From the NCBI RefSeq assembly GCF_964204645.1, contig NC_134030.1:6180778-6244777 (forward strand): DNA of 64,000 bases. The letters run 5' to 3'. The position numbers and the translations under genes are program-made. A model generated the notes under the pieces. That model ran no database searches. It was given only the letters and a program-made list of their open reading frames with translations, and was not told where the DNA came from. Source of the stretch: Tubulanus polymorphus. Lineage: Eukaryota > Animalia > Nemertea. Below are positions 51,701-64,000 of the stretch, in pieces. Position 1 is the first letter of the stretch. Every line of letters begins with the position of its first letter.

Positions 51701-52174
51701 CTAAATCCTTAAACTATAGATTCTTAACCCAAACCCTCTTAGACAAAATCCTAAACCTGCAGACTCTAAACCCTACGTATATAGACCCTAAAACAAAACC
51801 CTCTAAACCCTAAAACCTAAAGTTTGTAAAGCTTTAAGCTATAAACTCTAAAACCTCAATACCCTAAAGCTATGAACTAGAAACTTACACACTCCAAATC
51901 CTTAGCACCTGAGCCCCTCCTCCCTCTGCCTGCATCCTAACCATAATAGTTCAGGAAGTTTGGTTAAATGCCAAGAGATGTGATGAGGAAAATTGATGAG
52001 AAGAAAGAAGATGATGCTAACTGATGAGTCGAAGGAGATATTACCTGATAGGAAGACAGAACATGAAAACTCAAAATAAGTCTTGAGGAGATGAAAACTG
52101 ACGAGATAAGCCAAGATGTTTACTGATAAGGAGACTAAAAACACTAGTCTCCATGAGACAGATTTGTTTTCAAG
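45745..52174. repeat. Array of 9 ~690-bp telomere-like/GA satellite units (block B)
   Basis: Markers at ~46018, 46713, 47404, 48096, 48800, 49574, 50266, 51041, 51914; two adjacent units nearly identical at 691-bp period. Confidence 0.9.
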
Positions 52175-52249
52175 AAAACCACATGCGTGGCTAAGCAAGA
52201 TTTCCCCTGGATTTATGTGTTTATATATGAACTTAACACTCAAATGTCT

Positions 52250-53040
52250 TGTTTATGCTATAGGATATGGAATATTTTGGAAGAGTGGACTCGGCACAGG
52301 AGATCTACCCCTATATTGGTAGAAGGCAATGGTTACAATGGTCTTCAACAGGGGACAGGCGTCTGTCAGAAAAAATCAGGCCAATATGAAAAAAATATGA
52401 TAAAAATGTGGCACAAATTCCAGGCTCAAACAAACTGGGCATACAACATGTCAACGACTAAAAACAGGCTTCGAATATAACGATGATACAGCCTCACTTG
52501 CCAGGGGTACGGTATCGTTCCCAAACTCGCTTAAACCGGTCAACATGGACCAATACTAGAAACATCCAAAAGTGTAGAAGTGTCACGTCAGTCAACAATT
52601 CAAATACATGTATCGTTATTGCTGAAGACTAACTTACCAGGATGGGACGGAAACAAAATGGAACTAAAGCCAGGTACCACTCAAGTACATCAGCCTACAC
52701 ACCAAGATTTCCTGGAAATGTTGAATGACCATGGCCTGACACAGATAGAAGAACCCAATTGTGGCGAAAATACCCTTGATCCAACACCACAGCAAAAACA
52801 TTCTATACAAAACTTCCATGCAATTAAGTCATCGAATGGATAGACCAAGCTCTTCGCGGATGGATCAAACAATGTGATCGTCTTTACCGCGAAATGAAGA
52901 AATCCGGCCAACCTGAGTGTAGAGTAAAATACAAGTATGGTAGACCAATTGGAAGTATATCGAAACCAAGTTGGAATAAGCTCAAGTACCAATGACAACA
53001 CTAACCAGTTCTCATGTCTCAAGAAACTTGGTTACCCTGG
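52250..53040 (+). pseudogene. Decayed CR1/L2-like LINE fragments, copy C
   Basis: Near-identical to copy B at an offset of about +9320. Confidence 0.65.
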
Positions 53041-55084
53041 GCAGTGAATATTGGTTTTTTCATCAAGGAGAATGAATGAAGATCCTTATGACTTGACTTT
53101 GTAGTTTTACGGGGAAAGATGGTACTCCCTGAACCAAGTTCAAGCGTCTGTTTCACTGGCATGAGATACGTTCTCTACTGAGACATCACAGTAATCTGCA
53201 GCGTACAGGACTTTTAGGATGCAATTACGTGGTTAATTGCATTGAGTAGTGTTAGCATCATTCTGGTTTCTGGTATTTTGGAAGCAGTTTTTGGTCTTTT
53301 CTATGCGCATCAACCCTGTATTTTTGACATTGGTCTAGGTTGCTAGGGGTTTTCTGTAGGGTGGCCATTATAAATCAGAGAAAACAACTTAACATCAGGA
53401 TTTTGTATCCTGTAGGGTCAAGATCACAGGAAGCCATTTTGTATTTTTCATTATTTCCAGGCTCAAACTAGTAGCCAATTTAAGATTAGTAGGTAAAACT
53501 GTAGGGACTAGGAGTGACTGATGAAACTTTAGGTACTTTGTTGGTTCTAATTTAGTTTAGTAAATAAACAGTTTGAGCTAACTTGGTAAAATTAAATGGA
53601 CAGGTTGTCATAGGGACTGAAAAACTAGACAAGGATAAAAAGTTGTAGGTCTAAGGTCACCGTCACTGGAAGCCATTTTGTATTTTTTATTTCGGAGCTC
53701 TACCTCATAGCCAGTTTGAAATAAGTAGGTAAAACTGTAGGGACTAGAAGTAAATTATTGAATTTTAGGTACAGTAGGTCTTGGCTCAAGGCAACTGGAA
53801 GCCATTTTGAATTTCTCATCTTTTATCAATTGTTTAGTCTTCAACTGCTGTTATCGTTGACTGTTCGCTAGCAAGTTAGATTAAATCAAAATTACTTGAC
53901 CATTACATGTCATTGATTGGATGCTTCCAAATGACTGGTGGTGGCGCTTCATGCTCTCCCAGCACATCTTTCTAAACGCTATTCTGTCAACTAACTTACA
54001 TCATCGGCCAAAAGGGGGTTTTCAATCTAAGATATGTATATGGCATATTCGTTATAGGGCAAATTAATTCGAGGTACCTGGTATGCTAGTGGAGAGTTGA
54101 TGACAGTAGGTTTTTTAAGTCAATGATTGAAAGGCAGCCCGGGGAAAAAGAATCATACCGCTGGTAAAAGCGCGTTAGCTGGTAACCAACCTTTTTAATT
54201 ATCATTAATGTTTGAAGCATGCCCCAATATTTACAACCTCTCCCAAGGAATGGTGCGTTTTGAAGGGAAATTAAACAAATTTTCTTTAGGAACTCTTATG
54301 GATTGCATCCCATCCATTCCCTATTTTACAATCTGATGCTGAAATCTGATTATGAAGTTGTATTATTTTGTATCATTATATTCATTGTAAATAGGAGATA
54401 ATTGAAGAAATATTATATTATCATAAATACCTACATCTCTCCAACATTTCCAACAGCTGCAGTTAAACCTCAAAAAAGCATCCTAAAGCTTTGTATGCTA
54501 CAGACAGCAGTGATGGCTCAGTAGAGCGCATGTTTTATGCGCAGTGAAATGGATGCTCAAACCCTGCTCAGGAAGTACCATTTTTCCCTTCAAAACTACA
54601 ATTCATATCATAAGTATCTTAAGTCATTCTCCAATGGAGGATCCGGTATTCACAGGCCATGGATATCCAAGTTTGTGAGATCGACGGGTGTTGGATCCGA
54701 GGGATGTGATAGGGAAAAGCGACGAGAAAAGCGAAGATATTGTTTATTGATGAGAAAACCGAAAAAGATGTTTACTGATGTGGACCGAAGATAAAACTGA
54801 TGGGAAGACCGAAGATGATGTTTATGAGAAGGCTGAAGATGATGGTTATTGATCGAAAGACCGAAAAAGATTTTTACTAATGCAGACCGAAGATAAAACC
54901 GATGAGAATACCTAAGATAAACAAGCATTGCCAGAATTGACCTCACAGAATTCAGGAAATTTCTGTCCAGAATTTTCTGCAAACAATTCTGTTTTCCAGG
55001 ATTCTGTTTTTCACTTAATTTGGAGACGCCATGAATGCCTTGAGACGGATTCGTTTTCAAAATCCTTCTTCAATGGCTGAACCT

Positions 55085-58000
55085 CCAAAACCCTAAACCT
55101 ATAGACTTAAAACCCTAAACCTATAGACCTTTAATCCTTGTAAAACAAAATGCTCTTATCCCTAACCAACTCAATTGTTTACCTACAGAGTCTAAACCCA
55201 AACCCTCTAGACTAAATCCTAAACCTGGAGACTTTAAACCCTACTCATAGAGACTCTAAACCCTCTAAACCCTAAAACTTAAGTTCCTAAAGCCTTAAGC
55301 TATAGACTCAATACCCTCAAAAAGCCTTGAGTTATTAACCTAAAACTTACACACTCCAAACCCATAGCCCCGGAGCCCTTCCTCCCTCTGCCCGCATTTT
55401 AACCATAATACTTGCATTGTCGTATGTTTGGCTTTGGCCATGCTTTTTATTTATAAGTTCAGGAAGTTTGTTTAAATGACGAGAGATGTGATGAGGAAAA
55501 CTGATAAGAGCCGAAGGAGATGTTACCTAATGCGAAGAATGAAGATGAAAACTGGCAAGAAGTCTCGAGGAGATGAAAACAGACAGGATAAGCGAAGATG
55601 TTTACTGATGAGAAGACTGGAAACACTAGTCACCATGAGACAGATTTGTTTCAAAGATCCTTTCTCAATGGCTGAGACTGTAAACCTATAGTCTCTAAGC
55701 CCCAACCATATGTATCCTTTAAACCCTAAACCTACTTACTTAATACCCTAAACCTATAGTCTCTATAACATTACCCTTTAGACCCTCTTAATATAGACCC
55801 TAAACCCATACCCTCTAAACCCTGAACCTAAAGTTCCTAAAGCCTTAAGCTATATTCTCTTAAACCCTCTAAAGCCTTAAGCTTTTAACTCAAAACTTAT
55901 ACATTCAAAACCTATAGCCTCCGAGCCCCTCCTCCCTCTACCTGCATCTTTACCATAATACCTAACCATAATAACCATAATACTTGCCTTGTCGCATGTT
56001 TGGCTTTGGCCATGCTTTTTGTTTTTAAGTTCAGGAAGTTTGGCCGAGTGATGTGATGAGGAAAACTGATAAGATGACTGAAGATGATGTTCACTGATGA
56101 TGAAAACTGGCAAGAAGTCTCGAGGAGATGAAATTTGATGAGATAAGCGAAGATGTTTACTGATGGGAAAGAAGACTGGAAACACTAGTCTCCATGAGAC
56201 AGATTTGTTTCCAAGATCCTTTCTCAATGGCAGAGACTGTAAACCTATAGTCTCTAAGCCCCAACCATATGTACCCTTTTAACCCTAAACCTATAGTCTC
56301 TATAACATTACCCTTTAGACCCTCTTAACCTTAAACCAAACTTGATACCCTAAACCTTATTAACTTTAATCCTTCTGAGCAAAAACCCTCTAACCCCTTA
56401 TCCACTAAATCCTTAACCCACAGATTCTAGGCCCAAACCCTCTAAACTAAATCCTAAAACCTGGAGACTTTTTACCCCTATACATATAGACCCTAAACCC
56501 ATACCCTCTAAACACTGAACCTAAAGTTCCTTAAGCCTTATTCTCTTAAACCCTCTAAAGCCTTAAGCTATTAAATCAGAACTTATACTCACTCCAAACC
56601 CATAGCCCCGAACCCCTCCTCCCTCTGCCCGCATCTTAACCACATTACTTGCATTTTCGCATGTTTGGCTTTGGCCATGCTTTTTGTTTTTAAGTTCAGG
56701 AAGTTTGGTTAAATGCCGAGGGATGTGATAAGGAAAACTGATAAGAGCCAAAGGAGATGTTACCTAATGGGAAGAATGAAGATGAAAACTGGCAAGAAGT
56801 CTCGAAGAGATGAAAGTTGACAGGATAAGCGAAGACGTTTACTGATGGGAAAGAAGACTGGAAACACTAGTCACCATGAGACAGATTTGTTTCCAAGATC
56901 CTTTCTCAATGGCTGAGACTGTAAACATATAGTCTCTAAGCCCCAACCATATGTATCCTTTAAACCCTAAACCTATTTACTTAATACCCTAAACCTATAG
57001 TCTCTATAATATTACCTTTTAGACCCTCTTAACCCTAAACCAGACTTGATACCCTAAACCTATTGACTTAAATCCTTCTAAGCAAAACTCTCTAACCCTT
57101 TATCCATTAAATCCTTATCCAACAGATTCTAAACCTAAACCCTCTAGACTAAATCCTGAAACCTGGACACTTTAAACCCTACGCATATAGACCCTAAACC
57201 AATACCCTCTAAACCCAACACCTAAAGTTCCTAAAGCCTTAAGCTATATTCTCTTAGACCCTCTACAGCCTTAAGCTATTAAATCAAAACTTATACACAC
57301 TCCAAACCCATAGCCCCGAACCCCTCCTCCCTCTGTCCGCATCTTAACCAAAAAGCTTGCATTGTCGCATGTTTGGCTTTGGCCATGCTTTTTGTTTTTA
57401 AGTTCAGATAGTTTGGTTAAATGCCGAGTGATGTGATGAGGAAAACTGATTAGAGCCAAACGAGAGGTTACGTAATGGAAAGACTGACGATGAAAACTGG
57501 CAAGAAGTCTCGAGGAGATGAATGCTGACAGGATAAGCGAAGACGTTTACTGATGGGAAAGAAGACTGGAAACACTAGTCACCATGAGACAGATTTGTTT
57601 CCAAGATCCTTTCTCAATGGCTGAGACTGTAAACCAATAGTATCTAAGCCCCAACCATATGTATCCTTTAAACCCTAAACCTACTTACTTAATATCCTAA
57701 AATTATAGTCTTAACTTTAGACCCTCTAAACCTTGAATCAGACTTGATACCCTAAACCTATTGACTTTAATCCTTCTAAGCAAAAAACCCTCTAACACCT
57801 TATCCACAAATTAAATCCTTACCCGACAGATTCTAAAGCCAAACCCTCTAGACTAAGTCCTAAAACCTGGAGACTTTAAACCCTACGCATAGAGACCCTC
57901 AACCAATACCCTCTAAACCCTAAACCTAAAGTTTCTAAAGCCTTAAGCTATATACTCTTTCCTCTCAAGCTATGAACTCAAAACTTACACACTCCAAACC

Positions 58001-60280
58001 CTTAACCTCGAGCCCCTCCTCTCTCTGCCTGCATCTTAACCATAATACTAGCATTGTCATATGTTTGGCTTTGGCCATACTTTTTGTTTTTAAGTTCAGG
58101 AGGTTTGGTTAAGTGCCAAGAGATGTGATAAGGAAAACTAATGAGGAGAATGAAGATGATGTTAACTGATGAGAAGAATGAAGATGATAACTGATGATAA
58201 GTCGAAGGAGATGTTACCTGATGGGAAGACAGAACATGAAAACTGGCAAGAAGTCTGGAGGAGATGAAAACTGAGAAGATAAGCGAAGATGTTTACTGAT
58301 GAGAAGACTGGAAACACTAGTCTCCATGAGACATTCGTTTTCAAAATCTTTTCTCAATGGCTGAGACTGTAAACCTATAGTCTCTAATCCCCAACCATAT
58401 AGACCCTCTAAACTCTAAACCTACTGACTTGATACTCTAAACCTATAGTCTCTCAAATTTTACCCTTTAGACCCTCTTAACCCTAAACCAGACTTGATAC
58501 CTTAAACCTATTGACCTTAATCCTTCTTAGCAAAAACGCTCAAACCCCTTATCAACTAAATCCTTAACCTATAGAATCTAAACCCAAACCCTAAACCTGC
58601 AGACTCTAAACCCTACGCATATAGACCCTAAACCAAAACCCTCTAAATCCTAAACCTTAAGTTTCTAAAGCCTTAAGCTATATACTCTAAACCCTCTAAA
58701 CCTTAAAGCTATGAACTCAAAACTTACACACTCCAAACCCATAGCCCTCGAGCCCCTCATCCCTCTGCCCGCATCTTAACTACCGGTATAATACTCGCAT
58801 TGTCGCATGTTTGGCTTTGGCCATACTTTTTGTTTTCAAGTTCAGGAAGTTTGGTTGAATGTCAAGAGATGTGATGAGGAAAACTGATAAGAGCCGAAGG
58901 AGATGGTACGTGATGGGAAGACAGGACATAAAAACTGAAAAGAAGTCTCGAGGAGATGAAAACTGATGAGATAAGCAAAGATGTTTACTGATGAGAAGAC
59001 TGGAAACACTAGTCACCATAAGACAGATTTGTTTTCAAAATCTTAATCGCAATGGCCGAGACTGTAAACCTATAGTCTCTAACCCTAACCATTAAGACCC
59101 TCTAACCCCTTATCCACTAAATCCTTTGACATACAGATTCTGAACCCAAACCATCTAGAGTAAATCCTCAACCTGCAGACTCTAAACTCTACGCTAATGA
59201 CCCTTAACTAAAACTCTCCATACCCATAGCCCTCGAGTCCCTCATCCCTCTGCCTTCATCTTAACCATAATACTCGCATTGTTGCATGTTTGGCTTTGGC
59301 CATACTTTTTGTTTTTAAGTTCAGGAAGTTTGGTTAAATGCCGAGAGATGTGATGAGGAAAACTGATAAGAGCCGATGGAGATGTTACCTGATGGTAGGA
59401 CGGAACAGGAAAACTTAAAAGAAGTCTCGAGGAGATGAAAGCTGACGAGATAAGCAAACATATTTACTGATGAGAAGACTGGAAACACTAGTCTCCATGA
59501 GACAGATTTGTTTTCAAAATCTTTTCTCAATGGCCGTGACTGTAAACCTAAAGTCTCTAAGCCCCAACCATATAGACCCTAAACCTACTGACTCCATACC
59601 CTAAACCTATAGTCTCTAACCTTACCTTTTAGACTCTCTCAACCCTACACCAAACTTGATACCCTAAACCAGACTTGATACCCTAAACCTTTTAACTCTA
59701 ATCCTTCTAAGCAAAACCCTCTAACCCCTTTATCCACTAAATCCTTAACCTACAGATTCTGAACCCAAACCCTCTAGACCAAATCCTAAACCTGCAGACT
59801 CTAAACCCTACGCATATAGACCCTAAACCAAAACCCTCTAAACCCTAAAGTTTCTAAAGCCTTAAGCTACAGACTCTAAACCTTTTAGCTATGAACTCAA
59901 AACTTACTCCAAACCCTTAACCCCGAGCCCCTCCTCCCTCTGCCCGCATTTTAACCATAATACTTGCATCGTCGCATGTTTGGCTTTGGCCATGCTTTTT
60001 GTTTTTAAGTTCAGGAAGTTTGGTTAAGTGCCGAGAGATGTGATGAGGAAAACTGATGAGAAGAATGAAGATGATGTTAACTGATGAGAAGAATGAAGAT
60101 GATGTTAACTGATGAGAAAACCAAAGATGATAACTGATAAGTCAAAGGAGATGTTTTCTGATGAAGACTGAAGATAAAAACTGACAAGAAGTCTCAAGGA
60201 GATGAAAACTGATAAGAAGTCCGCGAAGGAGATGAAAACCAATAAGATGACTGATCAGAAAACTGGAGAAGATGTTAATC
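55085..60280. repeat. Array of 8 more diverged satellite units (block C)
   Basis: Markers at ~55377, 55927, 56614, 57322, 58015, 58755, 59240, 59929; several units have internal deletions. Confidence 0.88.
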
Positions 60281-60614
60281 GATATACGTAAATATATTCC
60301 ACATTTTTAAACCTGTCTTGTATGATATTTAATCCATGGCTTCGGCCATTATAGTTTCAGGTCCTTGAGGTAATTTATGATTAGCATAAATTAAGAAGTA
60401 TTAAGGATAATTGATTCATTCTAAAAATTCTGTATAAATAAGTTAAAGGATAAGGTACATTATTCGTTATAGGGTAAGAGTAATTATTAGGAAAGGCAAG
60501 ATAGGTTAACAACAAATATAGTTATAGTAATCACTGATTTAGGTATTAATGATAGTAATAATTGATAATGATAGTTACATATTCTAGGACTTAGATTAGT
60601 TGAATTAAAAGTTT

Positions 60615-61600
60615 ATTTGGTTTGGTCTTGCTTTTTAAGACCTACTCAGACATTGCTTGTCTGGATCAGTGTCCAGGTTCTAGTATCTCGCATCTCATTA
60701 GTTCGGATTTTTGTTTTGTTTGAATCTTTCATCTTCCGAAGACTCTGCTGATTGTTTTCTAGGTTTCACTGGTTTGGTCTTGCTTTTTAAGACCTAGCTC
60801 AGACATCGCTTGTCTGGACCAGTGTCCGCTAAGTTCGTCCGATACGCTACCGAAAATGTCGAATCCGTGCCGATAAGCTAGTCCGAAAACACTACCGAAT
60901 GTGTCGAATCTGTGCCGATAAGCTAGTCCGATACGCTACCGAAAGTGTCTAATCCGTGCCGACAAATTAGTCTCAACACGCTACCGAAAATGTCAAATCC
61001 GTGCCGACAAGTTAGTCCAGATACTCCAGTGTTGTGAGAAGTCCGCTCCAGTTTTTCGATTTTCTCAAGGTTTCACTGGTTTGGTCTTGCTTTTCAAAGG
61101 CCTAGCCCAGACATCACTAGTCTGGACCGGTTTCCGAGTTAGGTTCAGGTTTCTCGTATCTCAGTCAATTTGTCGGAGAGGTTTAGTTTTGGTATTTTAT
61201 TTTCTCAAGACTGGTGTCCAAGTTAGTTTCGTTCGAGGTCTCATTTGGTTGGATGTTTGTTTTGTTCGGATCTTTCATCTTCTGAAGACTCGCCATAGGT
61301 GCTGATTTATTCTAGGTTTCGCTGGTTTGGTCTTGCTTTTTAAGACCTAGCTCAGACATCGCTTGTCTGGACCAGTGTCCATTAAGTCAATACGAAATCC
61401 GTGCCAATAAGTTAGTCCGATTGCGCCAGTGTTGTGAGAAGTCCGCTCAAGTTTTTATATTTTCTCTAGGTTTCACTGGTTTGGTCTTGCTTTTCAAAGG
61501 CCTAGCCCAGACATTACTATAGTCTGGACCGGTTTCTAGGTTAGGTTTCTTGTAACTCAGGTCGGAGAGGTTTAGTTTTGGTATTTCATTTTCTCAAGCT
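60615..61600. repeat. Composite repeat: five GGTTTGGTCTTGCTTTT... modules plus four ~45-bp tandem units
   Basis: Module starts at ~60619, 60771, 61078, 61324, 61478; GATACGCTACCGAAAATGTCGAATCCGTGCCGATAAGCTAGTCC-like unit x4 at ~60838-61020. Confidence 0.8.
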
Positions 61601-62929
61601 CTAGTTCAGGGCTACTCGTCGAGTCTGGTTTCTATAAGGTTACTACTGTAATTTAAAGGATAATTAATGAAGTAATTTATGATAATTAATTACTCTAGTT
61701 AATACTTATAATTTATTCAGCCTAAAATCCACATAGATGCATGAGAGGGTAAGGTACATGTAGGGTAAATAGTAGAGTATTTAATAGAGTGAGGTATCAA
61801 TTAAAAGATAAGGTAACAAATATAGTGAATTTTTAGTTAGCTATAATAGTAATCAATGGAGTAATTAATGATAAGTAGAACTAACGATAATAGCGTTAGT
61901 CTAATATAGACCAAAAAATACATTTTCTTAGGTTTAATTCCTTAAAAAATGTAACTTAACTGTGATTATTTGTATGTATATTTTAAAGGGGAAGGTTTTT
62001 TTCGTTCATGAAATTTTTTCGTTGTGCAAATCCGACGAACCGCACTGAGGATAACGCCGTGCATGCACCCTTTGTATTTTGTGCATGTACAGCAGGCCCT
62101 ACCTCGGTGATGCACCATAACCACTAATGAAATAGAAACATGGTTTGCGATAAGATGAATCTTATTTTCTTATTCATGAATAAGAAAATGGTTTAAAGCT
62201 GATTCTAGTGTATGTACGTACCATGTTTCGCACAAGGGCCGAAACACATAGGACTGATAGGATGGAACTCAATTTATTTCTTTAAGGTTATACAATAAGT
62301 GTATGGCCTACTGTTCAAAGAGCTGCAACAAACTTAAGAAGTGTGTTAAGATTCTGTCTATAATTACGGCTATTAAGCCGAAGTGCCACAAAGATTAGTT
62401 CTTCTTGAAATCCGTCCTGTGTGTCTGCGGAAAAAAATGAACATATATTGTTCTAAACTAAAAACTAAAAACGTTCCTTAATAGACGTGAGACCAATGGT
62501 CACTGTTATATTTTTTCTATAATTTTAGATAAGTGGTCAGGAAACCGGTGACCAGGTCAAAAACCGAGGATATTGAGATCTGAAACTCTAACGAAAGATG
62601 TTCCGAGCATTCGCAACATCATCACAGGAATTAGCATGGAAAAAGATTTTCGGCAGTAGGGCAGCCTCCTCTACTCGTAAATTAATGGAAATTGGAAGCA
62701 GTTGGTGGCGATATTAGATATATATGAAAACTTTTTTATGATGTAGGTTCTAAGAGTTCCGAGTCTGATAACGATGTGATGGCTATTGGTTTGCTGCTGT
62801 TGTTGAACCAAGTGTTCCATGATGTGTCGGACAAATGTTACAGGAAAATATCTCTCAGGTTCGTAATATATTGATTGACTTGTGAGATGCATTAGACTTC
62901 ATTTACCTGGGAGTCGAAATGATCCTGAT

Positions 62930-63199
62930 CAGAGGCAGATCCAGAGCCCTATCTTGAAGGGGTTCTAAATTGTCACAAGGGCACTCACTATTGCGGGAGG
63001 GCGCTTTCTATGTCAAATTTCGGCAAAAAAAGGGCACTTAACATCAAACTTGTGGTTTTCAGGAGCACTTTCTACGCCAAATCATGCCAAACAAGGACAC
63101 TTTTATGTCAAATCCATGGATTTAGGGGCATTTCCAAGGGGCACAGACAAAGCTCGACGGTATCCCAGAACCCTCGGAACCCCCGCTGGATCCGCCCTG
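62930..63199. mobile_element. MITE with CAG(A/G)GGC(A/G)GATCCAG terminal inverted repeats
   Basis: CAGAGGCAGATCCAG at 62930 and CTGGATCCGCCCTG ending 63199; internal AAGGGCAC words; CTGAT immediately flanks both ends. Confidence 0.7.
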
Positions 63200-64000
63200 C
63201 TGATTGTTGTGTGCCATGGACTCTGCTTGCGACGGTGCTGATCTCATCAGATTATTGTGTACCCCGTATTCTGATTACCTCCAGATTATCACCTGCCCCA
63301 CAAAAGACTCCACATTAATCTGGAGTTGTTTGCCTTTTTATGTTCCTCAGCCTCTACTCATCGCGCATGCCTTGCAGCCTTCGAGGTGGATCTAGGAGCA
63401 GAATTTGACAGGAGCACAAAGAAATATAAAGGGCATATACACTGATAAAGGGCAAGTTAAACTCTGTATCCTGGCAGACCAAAACAAGGGCGTAAAAAGT
63501 TTTGAAATTTTAGTGCGTTTTCATACAATTTCTAGGAACTTAAGGGACATACGGTAAGGAATTTTAGCTGAATCCTGTGCTGGACTGCTGTCTTATAAGT
63601 TGCGGGTGGAAAAAATGCCCTGAATTGCCATTGTATCTCCAAAAGGGCACAGGAAAATTGCCGGTCCTGTCTGGACCGTCCCGGCTATTTCTTTGGATTT
63701 TCGCATACCCCAAACTCCAATTACCCTGGAATCGATTTTGGATTATTACTTGCCCTGAACTCAAGTTAATTCAAGGCAATGCATTCCTGCGTAACAGTTA
63801 CACAGGAATGCATTGCCTTGAATTATCACACCCCAACTGACAATATGTATAATGACCCACTACTACCGTATATTTTCATTTTTGATTTTATTTTGCAGGC
63901 TGTGGAAGTTGTGTTAATGAAAACTATCCAGTTATTCAGAAAACAATTCTAGAATCAGTCAAGCAAAAACAACTTCTGAAGAATGTCGACAACTAACTTT

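Larger units (their letters stand above)
34744..60280. repeat. Three-block higher-order tandem repeat (A ~34744-42854, B ~42855-52174, C ~52175-60280)
   Basis: Each block starts AAACCACAT..GCGTGGCTAAG; B and C starts are exactly 9320 bp apart and nearly identical, A is more diverged; same module order in all three. Confidence 0.92.

Noticed and set aside
37544-59530. Recurrent minus-strand ORFs (MFPVFSSEN..., MALISFPHH..., MKTNPSQG...)
   Set aside because: They are antisense readings of the purine-rich satellite module; lengths and frames vary between units and no domain is recognisable.
63560-63996. Possible coding exons at the right edge (ORF 63577-63840; acceptor at ~63898 followed by CGSCVNENYPVIQK...)
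   Set aside because: No recognisable homology or consistent exon chain; cannot be supported without the adjacent sequence or transcripts.

Overview
This is AT-rich, intron-containing DNA from an invertebrate animal (lophotrochozoan-like repeat content; species not determinable from the sequence). The left half (1-31 kb) is a compact gene cluster: probable 5' exons of a minus-strand gene that runs off the window, CDK2 (-), NAA38/LSMD1 (+), a TTC3/DZIP3-like TPR + RING-H2 E3 ligase (+), a SAXO/FAM154-like axonemal protein (-) and ODAD4/TTC25 (+). These include two head-to-head pairs, and the ciliary pair shares an RFX/forkhead element. Introns and spacers carry many short mobile elements, including a 200-bp target-site-duplicated, fold-back, Penelope-like insertion with a minimal hammerhead ribozyme (2849-3049). 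CDK2 needs one GC-AG intron and one apparently TT-AG intron to give the conserved protein. The right half (34.7-60.3 kb) is a hierarchical macrosatellite of three 8-9.3 kb blocks. Each block has a decayed LINE fragment, a spacer, a GA-rich minisatellite and 7-9 copies of a ~690-bp unit that alternates a degenerate telomere-like C-rich tract with an exon-like purine-rich module. Most short ORFs in the supplied track are exon fragments or repeat-derived noise. All coordinates were read by eye.
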